Shown one piece after another: positions 33,319 through 44,599 of a DNA stretch of 64,000 bases. Within the stretch, counting starts at the first letter, position 1; each line of letters opens with the position of its first letter. Made by a program: the position numbers and the translations under genes. The DNA is from an uncultured Planctomycetaceae bacterium (GTDB lineage: Bacteria > Planctomycetota > Planctomycetia > Planctomycetales > Planctomycetaceae): positions 62,001-126,000 of the forward strand of contig CAXBME010000026.1 in NCBI GenBank assembly GCA_963976765.1, in the 5' to 3' direction. A model generated the notes under the pieces. That model did no database searches. It saw nothing but the letters and a program-made list of their open reading frames with translations, and was not told the origin of the DNA.

Positions 33319-35764
33319 TGGTGACATTCTCTGAACGTGGAAGCGTGAACCGAAACCTGGCGCCGGCATTCGGTGCATTTTCCGCTGTAATTGTTCCGGA
33401 ATGTGACCGCAGAATATCACTGCAAATTGACAGGCCCATCCCCATTCCACTGGGCTTTGAGGTGTAGAACGGATCGAAAAGCTGATGCTGCGAGTCGACT
33501 GGCAATCCGGAACCGCTGTCAGTGATTTCGACGGTGACAGATTCATCGTCGGCAGTGATTCCAATCGCGATCTTCCTTCGGTGGGTGGGTAGTGACTCAA
33601 TTGCGTCGCCGGCATTTGAAATCAGATTGACGAGCACCTGCTGGATCTGTACTGGATCGACCGAAGCGAAAACTGCTTGATTCGGAAAGGTGGATGTCAC
33701 TGAAATCTGACGGCTTCGCAGATCCGCATTGACGAGATTCAGCGAATCCTTCGTCAGTTGAATCAAGTCAGTCTGGATGCGATGTTCGACTGAGTGTTTC
33801 ACGAAATTGCGCACACGCCCCAGAATTTGACCTGCTCTTGCTGACTGGTCTGTGATTGCCGCCAGGTACTCCTGCAACTTCCCGATGTCTGGTGCCGGCT
33901 GTTCCGCCAGTAACTCGCAGGCCGAGGAATAATTCGCGATGGCTGCCAGAGGTTGAGTGATTTCATGAGAAATTACAGCCACCATCTGCCCCATACTGGA
34001 CAGCCGCGAAACGTGAAGCAGTTGTGACTGCTGAGCCGCGATCGTTTCCTCGGCCACGCGTGCGTCAGTGATGTCAAGCGCGATTGAAAGGTGGACGATG
34101 GCTCCATCTGGGCCGATCGGCAGCGGGACAGCATGTGACTCGACCCAGCGATGCGTCCCCTGCAGCCCGATAATTTCGAACTGCATCGAATCAGGCGTTC
34201 CGCTACATACGCGTTTGTGAAATTCAGTAAACGCAGCCCGAAAGTCGGGAGCAACCAGGTCAACAATTTGCTTGCCGACGACACATTCGGTCGTCGCCGC
34301 TTCACACATTGCTAAACCAGCGGCGTTCATTTGAAGCAGCTTGCCGTCCTGATCGACGAGCTTCACGCAACCGGGAGTGCCTTCAATGATTGCTTGCAGA
34401 TGTTCCCGTTGCTGATGAATCGCGGTTTGAGTCTCCTTCCATTCCGTAATATCTTTTGCAACGCCAATGATCCCTATGACTTCGCCATTCTGGTCTCGCC
34501 ATGGAGACTTCGTTGTCAGGAAGTTGCGCTCCCCGCTTGCCAGGGACAGCACTTCTTCAAATGTTTCCGTCTGCCCGGTTTGCATGATCCGCTGGTCGTC
34601 CTCAATGGATTTCTGAAGCGACGTCTCAGAGAAAAATGCCTCTTCAGATTTGCCCAGCATCTGTTCGACGGTCATGCCATGCGATCTGGCAATCGCATCA
34701 TTCACAAAAACCGGGCGACTCTGTCGATCTTTCGCAAAGATCAGTTCAGACGTTCCCTCGGTGATGGCTTTGAGGATTCCAAACTGCCTCGCTTCGGCAT
34801 CTCGGGCAGCTCGCTCTTCTGTTACGTCGGTCGCAATGATAATCGCCGACCGCACTCCGTTGGAAAGATTGACCGGAACAACGCGGCAGACATACGTCCG
34901 CCATTCGTCCGGCTTCCTTCGTCCAACGGTTTCGTACGAAACTGACTCGCCGTCATCGAATACGCGTTGCAGGGCATGGCGAATTTTTTCGTGATGTTCA
35001 ACTGGCTGGTAATCAAAGATTGTTGATTGAAGAACCAGCTTCCGGTCATAGCCACCCTGGACACGATTGACGAAATGGATCTCTCCGTCGCGACCAACCA
35101 ACAGGATGGAATCAGGCACATTTTCGACGACGGCTTGCCACTGTTCGTCGGCATTCAATCGAGCATTTTCGTTCTTCGTCGCGATTATCAGCGTCGCGCA
35201 TGTTATGCAGAGCGGCTCCAGCCAGTGTGCAAGATCGGTATCGTAGCCACCGGGGCGACTGGCAACCCCCACAACTCCAACTAATTGGTTGTCCAATCGC
35301 AGCGGGATCGACATGAAAGCCGTCAGCTCCGAATCGTCAGACGATGGACCGCCGAGGTTGCAGTCTGCAACGGGGACGTTCGAAATAAACAACTCGCCAG
35401 TTCGAAGAGTTTCGCCAGACAGCGATCCAACGTTTTGAACCGGCAGCTCTTCCGACAGAGAGGACTTATGAGGCTCTTGAGAAGACTGCTTTCCGGGTGG
35501 ATTGCTGATTACCTGAGGCTGAAGCCGTGGCGAACCATCAACGTTGTGATGCACAGTCCCGATGAAACCGTATTCGCTGTTGGTGACGTCGAGAAATGCC
35601 TGCAACGTCTGCTCAAGCCACGAGCGCGCATTCCCGGCTCGGATAAAATCCAGCTGAATCTCTGACACCGCTTTCAGGAGTAGATTCGTTTGTTCCATCG
35701 ACTGTTTTGAACGCCCGGAATCCACCCGGTACTGCACGTCAGGCATAGGCCCCTCCGACGGCAT
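33311..35764 (-). CDS. cytoplasmic GAF + 3 PAS sensor histidine kinase (FixL-like)
   Basis: SHEITQPL H-box, QVLVNLISNA, DSGSG, GMGMGL; no TM helix; GGAGG SD before 35764. Confidence 0.92.
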   Translation of the reverse strand: MPSEGPMPDVQYRVDSGRSKQSMEQTNLLLKAVSEIQLDFIRAGNARSWLEQTLQAFLDVTNSEYGFIGTVHHNVDGSPRLQPQVISNPPGKQSSQEPHKSSLSEELPVQNVGSLSGETLRTGELFISNVPVADCNLGGPSSDDSELTAFMSIPLRLDNQLVGVVGVASRPGGYDTDLAHWLEPLCITCATLIIATKNENARLNADEQWQAVVENVPDSILLVGRDGEIHFVNRVQGGYDRKLVLQSTIFDYQPVEHHEKIRHALQRVFDDGESVSYETVGRRKPDEWRTYVCRVVPVNLSNGVRSAIIIATDVTEERAARDAEARQFGILKAITEGTSELIFAKDRQSRPVFVNDAIARSHGMTVEQMLGKSEEAFFSETSLQKSIEDDQRIMQTGQTETFEEVLSLASGERNFLTTKSPWRDQNGEVIGIIGVAKDITEWKETQTAIHQQREHLQAIIEGTPGCVKLVDQDGKLLQMNAAGLAMCEAATTECVVGKQIVDLVAPDFRAAFTEFHKRVCSGTPDSMQFEIIGLQGTHRWVESHAVPLPIGPDGAIVHLSIALDITDARVAEETIAAQQSQLLHVSRLSSMGQMVAVISHEITQPLAAIANYSSACELLAEQPAPDIGKLQEYLAAITDQSARAGQILGRVRNFVKHSVEHRIQTDLIQLTKDSLNLVNADLRSRQISVTSTFPNQAVFASVDPVQIQQVLVNLISNAGDAIESLPTHRRKIAIGITADDESVTVEITDSGSGLPVDSQHQLFDPFYTSKPSGMGMGLSICSDILRSHSGTITAENAPNAGARFRFTLPRSENVTNE

Positions 35765-36073
35765 CCTAACGATTTCCTCCCGTTCCCCCGAAGGATAACT
35801 GAAGCTGAGTCCACGCAATTCGCGTGCAATTTTCGGCAATCCGCAGCTGTAAGCCACAAGATTTTCCGGCTTCAGGAATCCGACAACGATTTCTGTGCTT
35901 ACTCAGCCGCATTGACAGTCGTCCCGGGATCCGACTTTCATAAATTCGAGAAGTGTTGACGTGCTCACGGATTCGGTCACGATTTCACAAGCAGAATGCA
36001 CACGTGCCGAACGTAATGCGAAAATCACCGGCTCTGGGCGACTGTTTTGGAAATTTGCATTTGAGGAGCGAAC

Positions 36074-36706
36074 GTGATGCGCAGGATTACGACACTCACG
36101 CTTGTGGCTGCTGCCGTGGTCATGCTGTCTGTATTTGAGATTCATGCGCAATCGAAGTCGTCAGGCAGTTCGACCGGCGGTCCTGGTTCATCGAGGTTGA
36201 GTACCGGCTCGACAACGCAAGGATCGGGGGGAGCGACAGCTCAGCCCGTTGCGGATAATTCGTTCGAAGGACGATTCTGGCACTACCTGACGAACTCGCC
36301 ATTCCGGTACGATGAGTGGGCTCCCTTTGCTGGCCGGAGCGACGCTGCCTACAAGGGACAGAGTCCTCATGGTGCTTATGTAAAAGTCATCGCCAACAAG
36401 CTGGCTCGACAGAATCCGCAACAGCTTCCATACGGGTCGATCCTGATTAAAGAGAACTACGCCGCTGACAGTAAGACGCTGCTGGCGATCACGGTGATGT
36501 ATCGGACGCGAGGCGCTAACGGTCAGCCCTGGGATCCCGAAAATCGTGACTGGTACTACGTCAAGTATACCCCTGCGGGCGAGGTCGCCTTCTCGCCGCC
36601 GGAGATGGGATCAAAGCGGCTTGCAGGCAGAGTGCAGTCATGCATCGACTGTCACAGTGGTGCCGGGGCGAAAGACTTCGTCTTTTTGAATGACGATCTC
36701 AAATAG
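36074..36706 (+). CDS. exported cytochrome P460-family c-type cytochrome
   Basis: Signal peptide; LPYGSILIKENY, ITVMYR, DWYY; single C-terminal CIDCH. Confidence 0.8.
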   Translation: MMRRITTLTLVAAAVVMLSVFEIHAQSKSSGSSTGGPGSSRLSTGSTTQGSGGATAQPVADNSFEGRFWHYLTNSPFRYDEWAPFAGRSDAAYKGQSPHGAYVKVIANKLARQNPQQLPYGSILIKENYAADSKTLLAITVMYRTRGANGQPWDPENRDWYYVKYTPAGEVAFSPPEMGSKRLAGRVQSCIDCHSGAGAKDFVFLNDDLK

Positions 36707-37260
36707 GTCACTGTTCGATCCGAACCTTGCTGGCGTAATTGCGACGGCATGTCTTCGATTCGCTGATCGCTTAATCCGACCATGCCTGCATTAACTGACG
36801 GTGACTGGCGACGACATCTGTTGCCGCCTCGCAACGTCATCCATCTGTCGTGTGACACACCGGACCAGATGGAATCTTTCCGCGCGCAAAATGTGGAATC
36901 GACAGTCGTGGTCGAATGCCTGATTTCCAAACGGAACTAGGTTTAGCCATCAACTGCGGCTGCTGTCCCGGTGAAGCACTGATAGTCGTCAACGACGACT
37001 TGTTTTACCTCACCGGACCTTGCAGTTCTGGTTGCACGGATTGGGTAAATCCTGCGTCCGGAATGGCTTGTTCGCAATTTGACTCTGCATCTTTGAGGCA
37101 TATAGTCGATCGTCGTGGAGTAAGGCTCTTGAGTCTTGAGACAATTGTCAGCTCCACTTCGATTTTGCCGGAAATCCGGTTTGAAGATCGTTAAACTTTG
37201 CAGGCGGACGGTGGGCACTGTCGCTGCGAAAGTGGTCTTCCACATCACCTGGGGGGGAAC

Positions 37261-38922
37261 ATGAAACTGAGACGGCCAACTCGAAAACTACACCTATTGA
37301 CTCTACTTCTCGGCCTTATTGTCTTCAGCTCTTCAGCAGCCAATGCTGAGCCGCCACTTCCGCTCGATCTCGACGACAGTCGCAGCGCGATGTCGATTGG
37401 CGAAGAGATGGAACGATCCGGTCAGTGGCTTGAAGCCGTTCGGCACTACGAACGTGCGCTTGAGCGGTGGCCCAATGACGAAGATCTTCAGTACGGTCGG
37501 CGCCGGGCGCGAGTTCATTTTCGCGTCGAACGTCGCTACTCGGACAGCAGCTTCCTAAGCTCGTTGCTCGGGTTTTCGCAGGACCACGCACTGGACCTTT
37601 ATGACGAAACAGCTGGTCGTATTCGAAACAGCTTTGTCGACCCGCTCAGTCAGCTTTCGATCGTGGCTCACGGCACCGAAAGCCTTTACATCGCATTGGC
37701 AAATCCGAAATTTGTCGAAGCAAATCTGCCGCCAGCAATCACGGACTCAGAGCAACGGGCTCGCCGAGAGAGTATTCAGAAGTTTCGCACACTCCTTCGC
37801 GAGCAATACTGGAATAAGCAGATTTACAACTCACAGCACGCTCGCTCTGTGATCGTTGAAGTGGCACGGCACGCCAGTTCGACACTGAAAATCTCTCCGG
37901 CAGCCGTCGTTATGGAGTACGTCTTCGGAGGATGCAACGCTCTGGACGACTACAGCGGATTCCTGACCGCAGATCGATTGTCAGACCTCTACAGCAACAT
38001 CGACGGCGAGTTCGTTGGGCTGGGCGTCGAGATGAAAGAAGAAAAAGATCTTGGCATGCTGCTGGTCAACGTCCTTCCGGAAAGCCCGGCTGAAATCGGT
38101 GGACTTCGCAAGGGTGACCGCATCACCTGGATTGACGGGAAGGACATCCGCAGCTCATCGATCGATGAGGCCGCCGCACTGATGCGAGGTCAGACGGGAA
38201 GCCGAGTCAAGTTGAGAATACATCGTCAGGCCGAGAACCGTGACTGGGAAGCTGTCCTGATTCGCCGAGCGGTTACCGTCAAAAGTATCCCGGTCGCCGA
38301 GATCGTCGATGATAACTACAGAATCGGTTACATCGAACTGGCTGGCTTTCAAAAGACGACCGCAGCAGAAATGGATGCAGCATTGGACAAGCTCAGTCGA
38401 AGCGGAATGAAGGCTCTGGTTCTGGATGTTCGAGGCAATCCCGGGGGGCTACTGACCGCAGCCGTCGCCGTGCTTGACCGATTTATCGACGAAGGCGTTC
38501 TTGTCTCAACCAAAGGTCGTTCAGGAGATCAGAACTGGACTTACCGGGCTCATCGTCAGGGCACGCTCGATATGCCGCTCGTTCTTCTGACGGACGGCGA
38601 CAGTGCAAGTGCCAGCGAAATCGTCGCCGGGGCGATTCGCGACCACGGTCGGGGCACCATCGTTGGTCGAAAAACGTACGGCAAATGGTCCGTGCAGAGC
38701 ATCTTCAACGTCGGTCGAGAAACTGGCCTCAGACTGACGACGGCCAAGTTCTACTCACCGGACGGTCTGAACCATAGCAAAGTCGGAGTCCAGCCAGACG
38801 TCCTTGTCGAACAACCGATTGAACACAACGTCGCGTGGCGAGGTAACAACGGTGAAAAGGAACGGGACATTGACCTTGAACGAGCACTTGAGATTCTGAA
38901 AAACAAGGTGGAGCGTTTTTAA
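37261..38922 (+). CDS. S41 carboxy-terminal processing protease with TPR-like and PDZ domains
   Basis: FVGLGVE PDZ, LDVRGNPGGLL, SASASEI, TYGKWSVQ. Confidence 0.93.
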   Translation: MKLRRPTRKLHLLTLLLGLIVFSSSAANAEPPLPLDLDDSRSAMSIGEEMERSGQWLEAVRHYERALERWPNDEDLQYGRRRARVHFRVERRYSDSSFLSSLLGFSQDHALDLYDETAGRIRNSFVDPLSQLSIVAHGTESLYIALANPKFVEANLPPAITDSEQRARRESIQKFRTLLREQYWNKQIYNSQHARSVIVEVARHASSTLKISPAAVVMEYVFGGCNALDDYSGFLTADRLSDLYSNIDGEFVGLGVEMKEEKDLGMLLVNVLPESPAEIGGLRKGDRITWIDGKDIRSSSIDEAAALMRGQTGSRVKLRIHRQAENRDWEAVLIRRAVTVKSIPVAEIVDDNYRIGYIELAGFQKTTAAEMDAALDKLSRSGMKALVLDVRGNPGGLLTAAVAVLDRFIDEGVLVSTKGRSGDQNWTYRAHRQGTLDMPLVLLTDGDSASASEIVAGAIRDHGRGTIVGRKTYGKWSVQSIFNVGRETGLRLTTAKFYSPDGLNHSKVGVQPDVLVEQPIEHNVAWRGNNGEKERDIDLERALEILKNKVERF

Positions 38923-38958
38923 GAATAATTCGCTTTGTGAAGGCTCAGTAACTTTCAG

Positions 38959-39000
38959 GAGCCCGGCTTCATCATCACGAAGCCGGGCTCTTTTCGTTTT
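38959..39000 (+). terminator. intrinsic terminator
   Basis: GAGCCCGGCTTC-loop-GAAGCCGGGCTC-TTTTCGTTTT. Confidence 0.88.
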
Positions 39001-39080
39001 GACATCGATCGCCAATGCTCAAACTCAAAACCGAAAGTGAAGTTAAATGGCAATGCTTCGTAAGGAAGAACAGTAAGTCG

Positions 39081-40589
39081 TCAGGCGATGATCTTGTGGA
39101 TCACTTCGCCCGCCACGTCCGTCAGTCGGAAGCGACGACCGTTGTACTTGTAGGTCAGCTTTTCATGATCCAGGCCAAGCAGGTGCAGAATTGTGGCGTG
39201 CAGGTCGTTGAGGTGAACTTTGTCTTCGGCTGCTTTGAAACCGATTTCGTCTGACGACCCATAATCGATGCCGCCTTTGATTCCGCCGCCGGCCATCCAC
39301 GCGCAGAAGCAGTGCGGGTTATGGTCTCGCCCCGGCTTCTTCCCGGTCTGGGCAATCGGCAGGCGACCAAACTCGCCGCACCAGACAACGAGAGTGTCTT
39401 TCAACAGGTCTCGTTGTGCGAGATCTGCCAGCAATCCGGCAACCGGCTGATCGGTCTCGCCAGCAAACTGACGATGATTGCCGTCAATGTCGGAGTGTCC
39501 GTCCCACGAACGCTGATTCTCCATGCCGCCCGAATAAATCTGTACGAACCGCACGCCGCGTTCGACCATTCGGCGAGCAACCAGACATTGTTTCGCAAAG
39601 TGGTCGCAACGGTCGTTGCCGATGCCGTAAAGATTCTGCACGGCCCTGGACTCTGTTCCGATGTCGAGAGCTTCCGGAGCGGACGACTGCATCCGATAAG
39701 CCAGCTCGAAACTTTCAATGCGCGCTGCAAGTTCATTTTCTGCTGAACGCTGTTCTCGATGGAGCGAGTTGAGCCGTTTGAGCAGATCGAGCTGTCGCCG
39801 TTGCGAGCTGTCAGTCATTGATGAGGGACGAATCAGATTGTCAATTGCCTGGCCTTGCGGCTTGAGATACGTCCCTTGATAGGTGCCCGGCAGGAAACCG
39901 GCGCTCCAGTTCGCCGCGTGCCCTTTCGGTAGCCCTCGGCCTTTGGGATCGCTCATCACCACAAAGCCCGGCAGGTTGTCACTCTCGCTGCCCAGCCCGT
40001 ACGTCACCCACGAGCCGACGCACGGAAATCCCATTCGAGGTATCCCACAGTTCATTGCAAACAGGGCTGGCGAATGGTTGTTCGATTCGGTATGCCCTGA
40101 CCGAATGAACGCCATCCTGTCGACATGCTTTCCCAGGTGCGGAAAGATTTCCGGCACCATCTTTCCGCATTCGCCTTGCGGAGTGAACTTGAACGGCGAC
40201 TGCATCAGGCTGCCGACCGAGTTCTTGAAGAATCCTGTGGTGTTATCGAATCCCGCGTCGAATTCGTTAATCGACTTCCCGTTCCATTTGTCGAGAGCCG
40301 GACGGTGATTCCACGTGTCGACGTGACTTGGTCCGCCATTCACAAAGATCCAGATTACTCTCGTTGCTTTGGGAGCAAAGTGCGGTGCCTGCGGAGCCAG
40401 CGGGTTTAACGCTCGAGTCGCCAGTGGACCTGACGCGGCGTCCGCAGTTGTCAGCAGACGATCCTGCTGGAGGAGTCCGGTCAGGCCAAGCAGCCCGAAG
40501 CCAGCACCCGTTCGACCGAGCAGGCTGCGTCGATCGACCAAAGGTCTATCAACCAGTTCTTCGACATCCTGCTGTGAAAATTCTGTCAT
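39081..40589 (-). CDS. DUF1501 domain protein (Tat-like signal)
   Basis: DRRSLL, GGPSHVDTW, SWDGH, GEFGRLP, GRDHNP. Confidence 0.92.
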   Translation of the reverse strand: MTEFSQQDVEELVDRPLVDRRSLLGRTGAGFGLLGLTGLLQQDRLLTTADAASGPLATRALNPLAPQAPHFAPKATRVIWIFVNGGPSHVDTWNHRPALDKWNGKSINEFDAGFDNTTGFFKNSVGSLMQSPFKFTPQGECGKMVPEIFPHLGKHVDRMAFIRSGHTESNNHSPALFAMNCGIPRMGFPCVGSWVTYGLGSESDNLPGFVVMSDPKGRGLPKGHAANWSAGFLPGTYQGTYLKPQGQAIDNLIRPSSMTDSSQRRQLDLLKRLNSLHREQRSAENELAARIESFELAYRMQSSAPEALDIGTESRAVQNLYGIGNDRCDHFAKQCLVARRMVERGVRFVQIYSGGMENQRSWDGHSDIDGNHRQFAGETDQPVAGLLADLAQRDLLKDTLVVWCGEFGRLPIAQTGKKPGRDHNPHCFCAWMAGGGIKGGIDYGSSDEIGFKAAEDKVHLNDLHATILHLLGLDHEKLTYKYNGRRFRLTDVAGEVIHKIIA

Positions 40590-40795
40590 GATGGTGCCTC
40601 CAGAGCTGTTTCAGGACTGGTTTTCATACTGACTGGCCAGCACAAAACGCGAGCGAATGAGTAAATGAATATCGTAAGACGGTCCACTCAATCGCGATTC
40701 ATGCTGGTATCAGACTGTCCTGAAGGCAAGCTTCGAAAACGCTTTAACCGGGCAGGTGGCAATCGTCAGGTGTCCTTGAAGCGGGCTGTCTGGAA

Positions 40796-43171
40796 TCAGG
40801 GCATCGCCACCTGACGCGGCAGGAGCGAGGCTGGCACGACGGTCAGCGTTGTCTCAGCGATAACCGGGTGCCCGTTCCATTGCGCAGTCGCTCGAAACTT
40901 TAAGGTCACGAGATGATTGCCAAATCCGCCGTCGGGAGGTGATACAGCAAGCGTCGTCTGACTCTTCGAAGCATCGACGGTGGTGGTACTGGCTCGAAAT
41001 GTCGATGAGGTCTCAGAATCATTGGCCAGTTCCAGTTGGATGGGACCTTCCAGTTCGCGGCTTCGAAGAATTTCAATCGGGTATTCGAACTTCGCCGTCG
41101 ATGACAACTCGAGTTCCTTCAGCGGGCTGTCAATCTTCAGCAAGGCTCCGGTTGGTAGAAATCCGATGCGGGTGACAAGCTTGCTTGACGAGAAGCGAAT
41201 GCGGCCTTTCGGATCGACGATTTTTGCGACACCGTTGACGACCATGCGCGAGGTTCTTGTCGTCTCCAGCCATTCCGGAAGAAACACGGGGTACAGAATG
41301 CGATCCTCGTCCGGCTTAACGACCATCTCCGGCCCGCGAATTCCCTGACGATGCCGCCCCTGTTTTGCTGCCATCTCGAGAACGATCTCGCCGGTGAATG
41401 ACTCGTCCCGTTCGATCAGAACCGGAGCGGGGAACGTCGAGCCTCGCGGCCATTTGGTGACATCGTTCTTGCCCTCGGCGTCGATTTTGAACGGAGGCTT
41501 CATCGTAACAGCCAGAAGTATGGGCTCGGGCGAGTGGGCGATCGTTGCGTCGTCGATCGTCGCCGTGCCGATCAGCGTGAACATTCGAGCGATTGTGCCG
41601 GCATCGACAGTGGTGCTGACTTTCAGCTTCAGGTCGTTTTTCTTTTCCGGAATCGTGGGGGCTTCCGGAATGGTGACGCCGTCCGGCAGGCCATTGACGG
41701 CAATCGAAATGGGGCCGGTAAAGCCTCCAGTTCGCTCGGCTTTGATCGAGAGAACTCCCGAGCCATCAATCGGCACGGCAAAGAGTTCAGGAACGTTCAG
41801 CCGAAACCCCGGCTTTGCACGCTGAATGGCGAGTCGATAAACAGCCTGTCGATTCCCGCTGGCCCCCGAAGAATCACTGACATGCAGTTCAAAAATTCCG
41901 TCCTGCGGCACTGTGAACTCAATACTGGCATCCGTCGTGCCGGGGGCATCGTCGACCCGTTTCACTTCCGTTCCGTCTTCTTTGATAATGGCCAGCGAGA
42001 CGTCGAGCGGTGATCCCAGACTTTCCGCCTGAACGTCGATCGTCCAGATATCGCCCTTCGTTCCCGAGAGGCGATAACGATCAATTCCGTATCGCTGTTC
42101 CAGGACCCCGGTGATGGCCGACGGGACGGTTAGTTCAACCGGCATCGTTGCCACCTGACCTTGCCTGCGGGCTTCGACTTGTTCCTGCAGATCGCTGAGT
42201 GGAATTTCGAACGACAACGACTGATCGCCATTCAGTCTGAGCTGACCACTGAACGACTTGGCAGCCGGATCTGTCGGCACGCTCAAAGTGCGATTCACCG
42301 ATTCAAATTTCGCTGTGCCGGTCGCTAATCCAAATCCGAAAAACTCGACGTCCTGAACGGTGCCTCGTTGAACGGCTGCTGGAAATGTCGACAACAGTCG
42401 CGCGCCTGGCGTGAACGACAACCGATAAACGAACGATCGATTGCCGCGAAAGTCGGCGTCGTAGACTCTCGCGAAGTATTCCTGTCCGGCTTCAACGGTG
42501 AATGTAAACCGCTCGTCACGCGCAGCAGTGTCGGCGGCGTCAGCCACCAACCGTCCCGATGCGTCGCGGATTTCGACGATTGCTGTCAGAGGTGAGTCGA
42601 TGCCGGCGGCGACAATCTCGCAGGTCACTGGTCCGGTTGCCGGAGCGGTGAATCGATACTCGTCGACCTCGGCGATCTTCAGAATCTGGCCGGAGACGGT
42701 GACGGGCAGCGACGTTAAGTGCTGCGGCTCCCGACGATCCCGTTGCTCGACAACTTCCAGAGCGGCGGAAACGACGAATTTTCCGGAGGCGGTGGCGCCG
42801 TTCGCGTTGGCAGCCTGCCAGCGATAAATGCCGGGCGAAAGGTCGGCTGGCAGTTTGAGTTTTGCAGGTGTTTCGCGCGGCATTGGAAATGGTCCGCGTC
42901 GAGCCTTCTTTCCGAACCAGTACGGAGGTTCGGGAACGATCACCGGGCCAGGAACGCCGGTCAGTTCGATCTGGATCCGCGAGTCCCGCGAGAACAATTC
43001 GATGTCGGGCGTCCAGTCGTAGCCGCCGAGTACGACGTCGATTGTTGTCCCCGCCTGCCCGCCGGGTGGGAACATGTAGCCGATCGCTGGTGCCTGCTGC
43101 GCGTCTGCTCGAAACGGAACGGCAAGCAGAATCAGCGAAACGACGAATAATCCTCGGCACTTGAAAAGCAT
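40796..43171 (-). CDS. exported PPC (pre-peptidase C-terminal)/Ig-like domain protein
   Basis: YMFPPGGQAGTT start, EVDEYRF and IDRYRL PPC repeats; typical partner of DUF1501/1549/1553 genes. Confidence 0.82.
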   Translation of the reverse strand: MLFKCRGLFVVSLILLAVPFRADAQQAPAIGYMFPPGGQAGTTIDVVLGGYDWTPDIELFSRDSRIQIELTGVPGPVIVPEPPYWFGKKARRGPFPMPRETPAKLKLPADLSPGIYRWQAANANGATASGKFVVSAALEVVEQRDRREPQHLTSLPVTVSGQILKIAEVDEYRFTAPATGPVTCEIVAAGIDSPLTAIVEIRDASGRLVADAADTAARDERFTFTVEAGQEYFARVYDADFRGNRSFVYRLSFTPGARLLSTFPAAVQRGTVQDVEFFGFGLATGTAKFESVNRTLSVPTDPAAKSFSGQLRLNGDQSLSFEIPLSDLQEQVEARRQGQVATMPVELTVPSAITGVLEQRYGIDRYRLSGTKGDIWTIDVQAESLGSPLDVSLAIIKEDGTEVKRVDDAPGTTDASIEFTVPQDGIFELHVSDSSGASGNRQAVYRLAIQRAKPGFRLNVPELFAVPIDGSGVLSIKAERTGGFTGPISIAVNGLPDGVTIPEAPTIPEKKNDLKLKVSTTVDAGTIARMFTLIGTATIDDATIAHSPEPILLAVTMKPPFKIDAEGKNDVTKWPRGSTFPAPVLIERDESFTGEIVLEMAAKQGRHRQGIRGPEMVVKPDEDRILYPVFLPEWLETTRTSRMVVNGVAKIVDPKGRIRFSSSKLVTRIGFLPTGALLKIDSPLKELELSSTAKFEYPIEILRSRELEGPIQLELANDSETSSTFRASTTTVDASKSQTTLAVSPPDGGFGNHLVTLKFRATAQWNGHPVIAETTLTVVPASLLPRQVAMP

Positions 43172-43208
43172 AAATACACCAGCACAGTCGAATCGCAAAA
43201 CCGAACAC

Positions 43209-44552
43209 TCAAACGAGGGCGTCGATAAACTTTCCGCCATCGACCAGCGGAATGGGGCGGCCAAGTGGGCCAAGGTACGTTCGGTCTGGATCAATTCCCA
43301 TCAGTGTGTGAATTGTCCGAAGCAGGTCGTTGACGCTGACAGGCTCTGTCGTCGGAGCCGCGGCGTGTTTATCCGTCGCGCCGATGATGTGTCCCGGCTT
43401 CACGCCGCCGCCAGCAAAGATGACGGTTTGAGCCATCGACCAGTGATCGCGGCCTGCCTGCGCGTTGACTCTTGGCGTGCGGCCCATTTCTCCCATCATG
43501 ACGACCAGTGTTTCGTCGAGGAGACCTCGTTCTTCCAGATCCAGAACCAGCGCACTGAAGGCTCGGTCAGCGTACGGAATCAGGTCCGTCTGCAAACTTG
43601 GGAAACAGTTGAAATGCACATCCCAGCCGGGAGCGTCGACGCCGACAAATCGACACCCGCCTTCGACCAGCCGTCTGGCCAGCAGGGCACACTGTCCAAT
43701 TTGTGTGCGACCGTAACGGTCTCGAACGTCGTCCGGTTCGGCGTGTATGTCGAACGCCTTTTTCGCCTCGAGAGACGTAATCAGACTCTGAGCCTTTTCG
43801 TAGTACGTTGACATTACTTTGGCGCGACCTTCGGCCCGACCTCGTTCCAGTCGCTCAATTCCTGCGAGAAGTTTTCGCCGCGTCGAGACTCGCTGACGGG
43901 ACAGTCCGGAAATCGGTTGCAGGTCTCGCACTTCAAAGTCGGGCTGAGTCGGATCTGACTCGATCACGAACGGGGCATACTCGGCGCCATAAAATCCAGG
44001 GCCGCCGCCCTGCATCGGGTGAGGCAGGTTGATGTACGGCGGAAGTGCCCGACTCTGCCCCAACTCGCGGGCGATCACGGAACCGATCGACGGAAAGTAG
44101 TCATTGTTTGGGACCGGGTTGTCGCCATCGGCGAAGTTCGCTCGCCGTCCGGTCATCACGTAGTGGTAACCGGTCGAATGTCCGTTATCACGATGGCTGT
44201 GGCTGCGCAGGATCGTGTACTTGTCCGCGATCTTCGCACAGTGCGGAAGCTGATCGGTGATAAACGTGCCTGGTACGTTCGTCGCGATCGGCAGGAACGG
44301 TCCTCGGATCTCCAGTGGAGCTTCCGGTTTTGGATCCCACATGTCCTGGTGAGGCGGTCCTCCTTCCAGAAACAGGAACACGCAGGACTTTGCTTTGATC
44401 TCGCGACCGCTTCCCGCCTTTGCCTGAAGTTCGAGCAACGTCGGCAGGCTCAAGCCTCCGAGCAGACTCGTTGCCCCCAGACGCAGCGCATGGCGACGGT
44501 TGAAGCCGTCGCAGTTACCAACTGATGGTTTTCCGAGTTCCAGTCGCAACAT
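43209..44552 (-). CDS. DUF1501 domain protein
   Basis: NRRHAL, GGPPHQDMWDPKP, WDVH, GEMGRTP, GRDHW. Confidence 0.92.
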   Translation of the reverse strand: MLRLELGKPSVGNCDGFNRRHALRLGATSLLGGLSLPTLLELQAKAGSGREIKAKSCVFLFLEGGPPHQDMWDPKPEAPLEIRGPFLPIATNVPGTFITDQLPHCAKIADKYTILRSHSHRDNGHSTGYHYVMTGRRANFADGDNPVPNNDYFPSIGSVIARELGQSRALPPYINLPHPMQGGGPGFYGAEYAPFVIESDPTQPDFEVRDLQPISGLSRQRVSTRRKLLAGIERLERGRAEGRAKVMSTYYEKAQSLITSLEAKKAFDIHAEPDDVRDRYGRTQIGQCALLARRLVEGGCRFVGVDAPGWDVHFNCFPSLQTDLIPYADRAFSALVLDLEERGLLDETLVVMMGEMGRTPRVNAQAGRDHWSMAQTVIFAGGGVKPGHIIGATDKHAAAPTTEPVSVNDLLRTIHTLMGIDPDRTYLGPLGRPIPLVDGGKFIDALV

Positions 44553-44599
44553 GGGTTGCCTCGTTCTGCTCTTGAATTCGCCGAGCCTGATCCGTGAAT

